DNA of 64,000 bases, taken from contig CAYWPQ010000002.1 in NCBI GenBank assembly GCA_964460315.1, positions 20,926 to 84,925 of the forward strand. Reading direction: 5' to 3'. This document shows positions 63,318 through 64,000 of the stretch, one piece after another. The position numbers and the translations under genes are program-made. A model generated the notes under the pieces. The model was not told the origin of the DNA. It searched no databases and saw nothing but the letters and a program-made list of their open reading frames with translations. The DNA is from an uncultured Bordetella sp. (GTDB taxonomy: Bacteria > Pseudomonadota > Gammaproteobacteria > Burkholderiales > Burkholderiaceae_A). Each line of letters begins with the position of its first letter. Position 1 is the stretch's first letter.

Positions 63318-64000
63318 TGAGCGACAACCAACCAGGCCATGACGGTGTCAGCAAAGAGGAAGGCTTCGTCACCCACCTTGTCGAGCTTCGTGACCGATTG
63401 GTGAAGGCCGCGGCCTCGCTCATCGTGGTGTTTCTTGGCCTTGTGTATTGGGCGCCGGACATTTATTCCATTCTTGCCACCCCGATGATCAATAGCCTGC
63501 CTGCCGGCACCTCGATGATCGCAACCGACGTCACGGCCCCGTTTTTTGTGCCGATGAAGGTCACCATGATGGTCGCCTTCATCATCGCCTTGCCTTACAT
63601 CCTCTATCAGGCATGGGCCTTTATTGCACCGGGCCTCTACGAGCATGAAAAGAAGCTTGCGGCGCCCATCATTCTGAGCAGCTTTGTGCTTTTTTTGCTG
63701 GGTATGGCCTTTGCCTACTTTTTCGTGTTTCCAGCGGTGTTCAAGTTTGTCGCGGCCTACACGCCCACGGGGGTGCAGATGGCCACGGACATTGACAAGT
63801 ATTTAAGCTTTGTCATCACCTTGTTTCTCGTGTTTGGCCTGTCGTTCGAGACGCCGGTGGTCGAGATGGTTCTCGTTCGACTGGGCATGGTCTCCATTGA
63901 AAAACTCAAGAACTTTCGTTCCTACTTCATCGTGATTGCCTTCGTGATCGCGGCCATTGTCACGCCGCCTGATGTCATCAGCCAGTTCATGCTGGCCATT
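63314..64000 (+). CDS. tatC: Twin-arginine translocase subunit TatC (partial, runs off the 3' end)
   Basis: Open frame not in the ORF track. My translation: MMSDNQPGHD...THLVELRDRLVK...LPYILYQAWAFIAPGLYEHEKK...VTPPDVISQ. ATGA overlap with tatB. Confidence 0.9.
   Translation, partial: MMSDNQPGHDGVSKEEGFVTHLVELRDRLVKAAASLIVVFLGLVYWAPDIYSILATPMINSLPAGTSMIATDVTAPFFVPMKVTMMVAFIIALPYILYQAWAFIAPGLYEHEKKLAAPIILSSFVLFLLGMAFAYFFVFPAVFKFVAAYTPTGVQMATDIDKYLSFVITLFLVFGLSFETPVVEMVLVRLGMVSIEKLKNFRSYFIVIAFVIAAIVTPPDVISQFMLAI

Overview
This 64-kb window is densely packed housekeeping chromosome from a moderately GC-rich betaproteobacterium. From memory, the gene order matches Burkholderiales.

In order, the window contains:
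- two LpxL-family lipid A acyltransferases, dapF, DUF484, xerC
- COG0523, dksA, argB, a HAD nucleotidase, slmA
- gpmA-ctpA-moeB (minus strand)
- rhodanese, grxC, secB, gpsA, LOG
- trmL-comF (minus strand) and a BioC-like gene
- an aa3-type cytochrome c oxidase cluster: DUF2244, coxB, ctaD, a 35-aa ORF, ctaG, DUF2970, coxC, DUF2909, SURF1, an SCO-like gene, ctaB
- an FGE-fold gene directly behind rpoH
- a large Orn/Lys/Arg decarboxylase, then ftsY
- an M16 peptidase pair, rsmD, coaD, yfhL, ychF
- TPR, lolB, ispE, tRNA-Gln, prs, rplY, pth (minus strand)
- mutM, mutY
- kdsD, kdsC, lptC, lptA, lptB, rpoN, hpf, ptsN, hprK, rapZ (minus strand)
- mlaFEDACB plus an ABC ATPase
- bolA-like, murA, hisG, hisD, an inverted hisC, hisBHAFIE, HIT, tatABC (tatC runs off the 3' end)

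I call 82 protein-coding genes, one tRNA-Gln, four hairpin terminators or attenuators, two sigma-E-type promoter candidates and one perfect inverted repeat. I saw no rRNA, CRISPR array, transposase, prophage, integron or defence-island signature.

I did not find convincing evidence of a novel multi-gene system. This looks like ordinary, very compact core genome. The leads worth a second look are modest:
- a DksA that keeps one of four zinc-finger cysteines, next to a COG0523 gene
- an SCO-like CxxxC protein that lacks the His ligand, inside a cox cluster with no ctaA and no canonical SCO
- a secreted FGE-fold gene apparently cotranscribed with rpoH
- a sigma-E-type rpoH promoter bracketed by a perfect 10-bp inverted repeat
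- an ABC ATPase with no permease partner
- a single-gene inversion of hisC inside the his operon
- a BioC-like protein with no SAM-binding loop
- convergent genes that routinely overlap at their stop codons

All homology calls come from motif recognition by eye. No database search was run.
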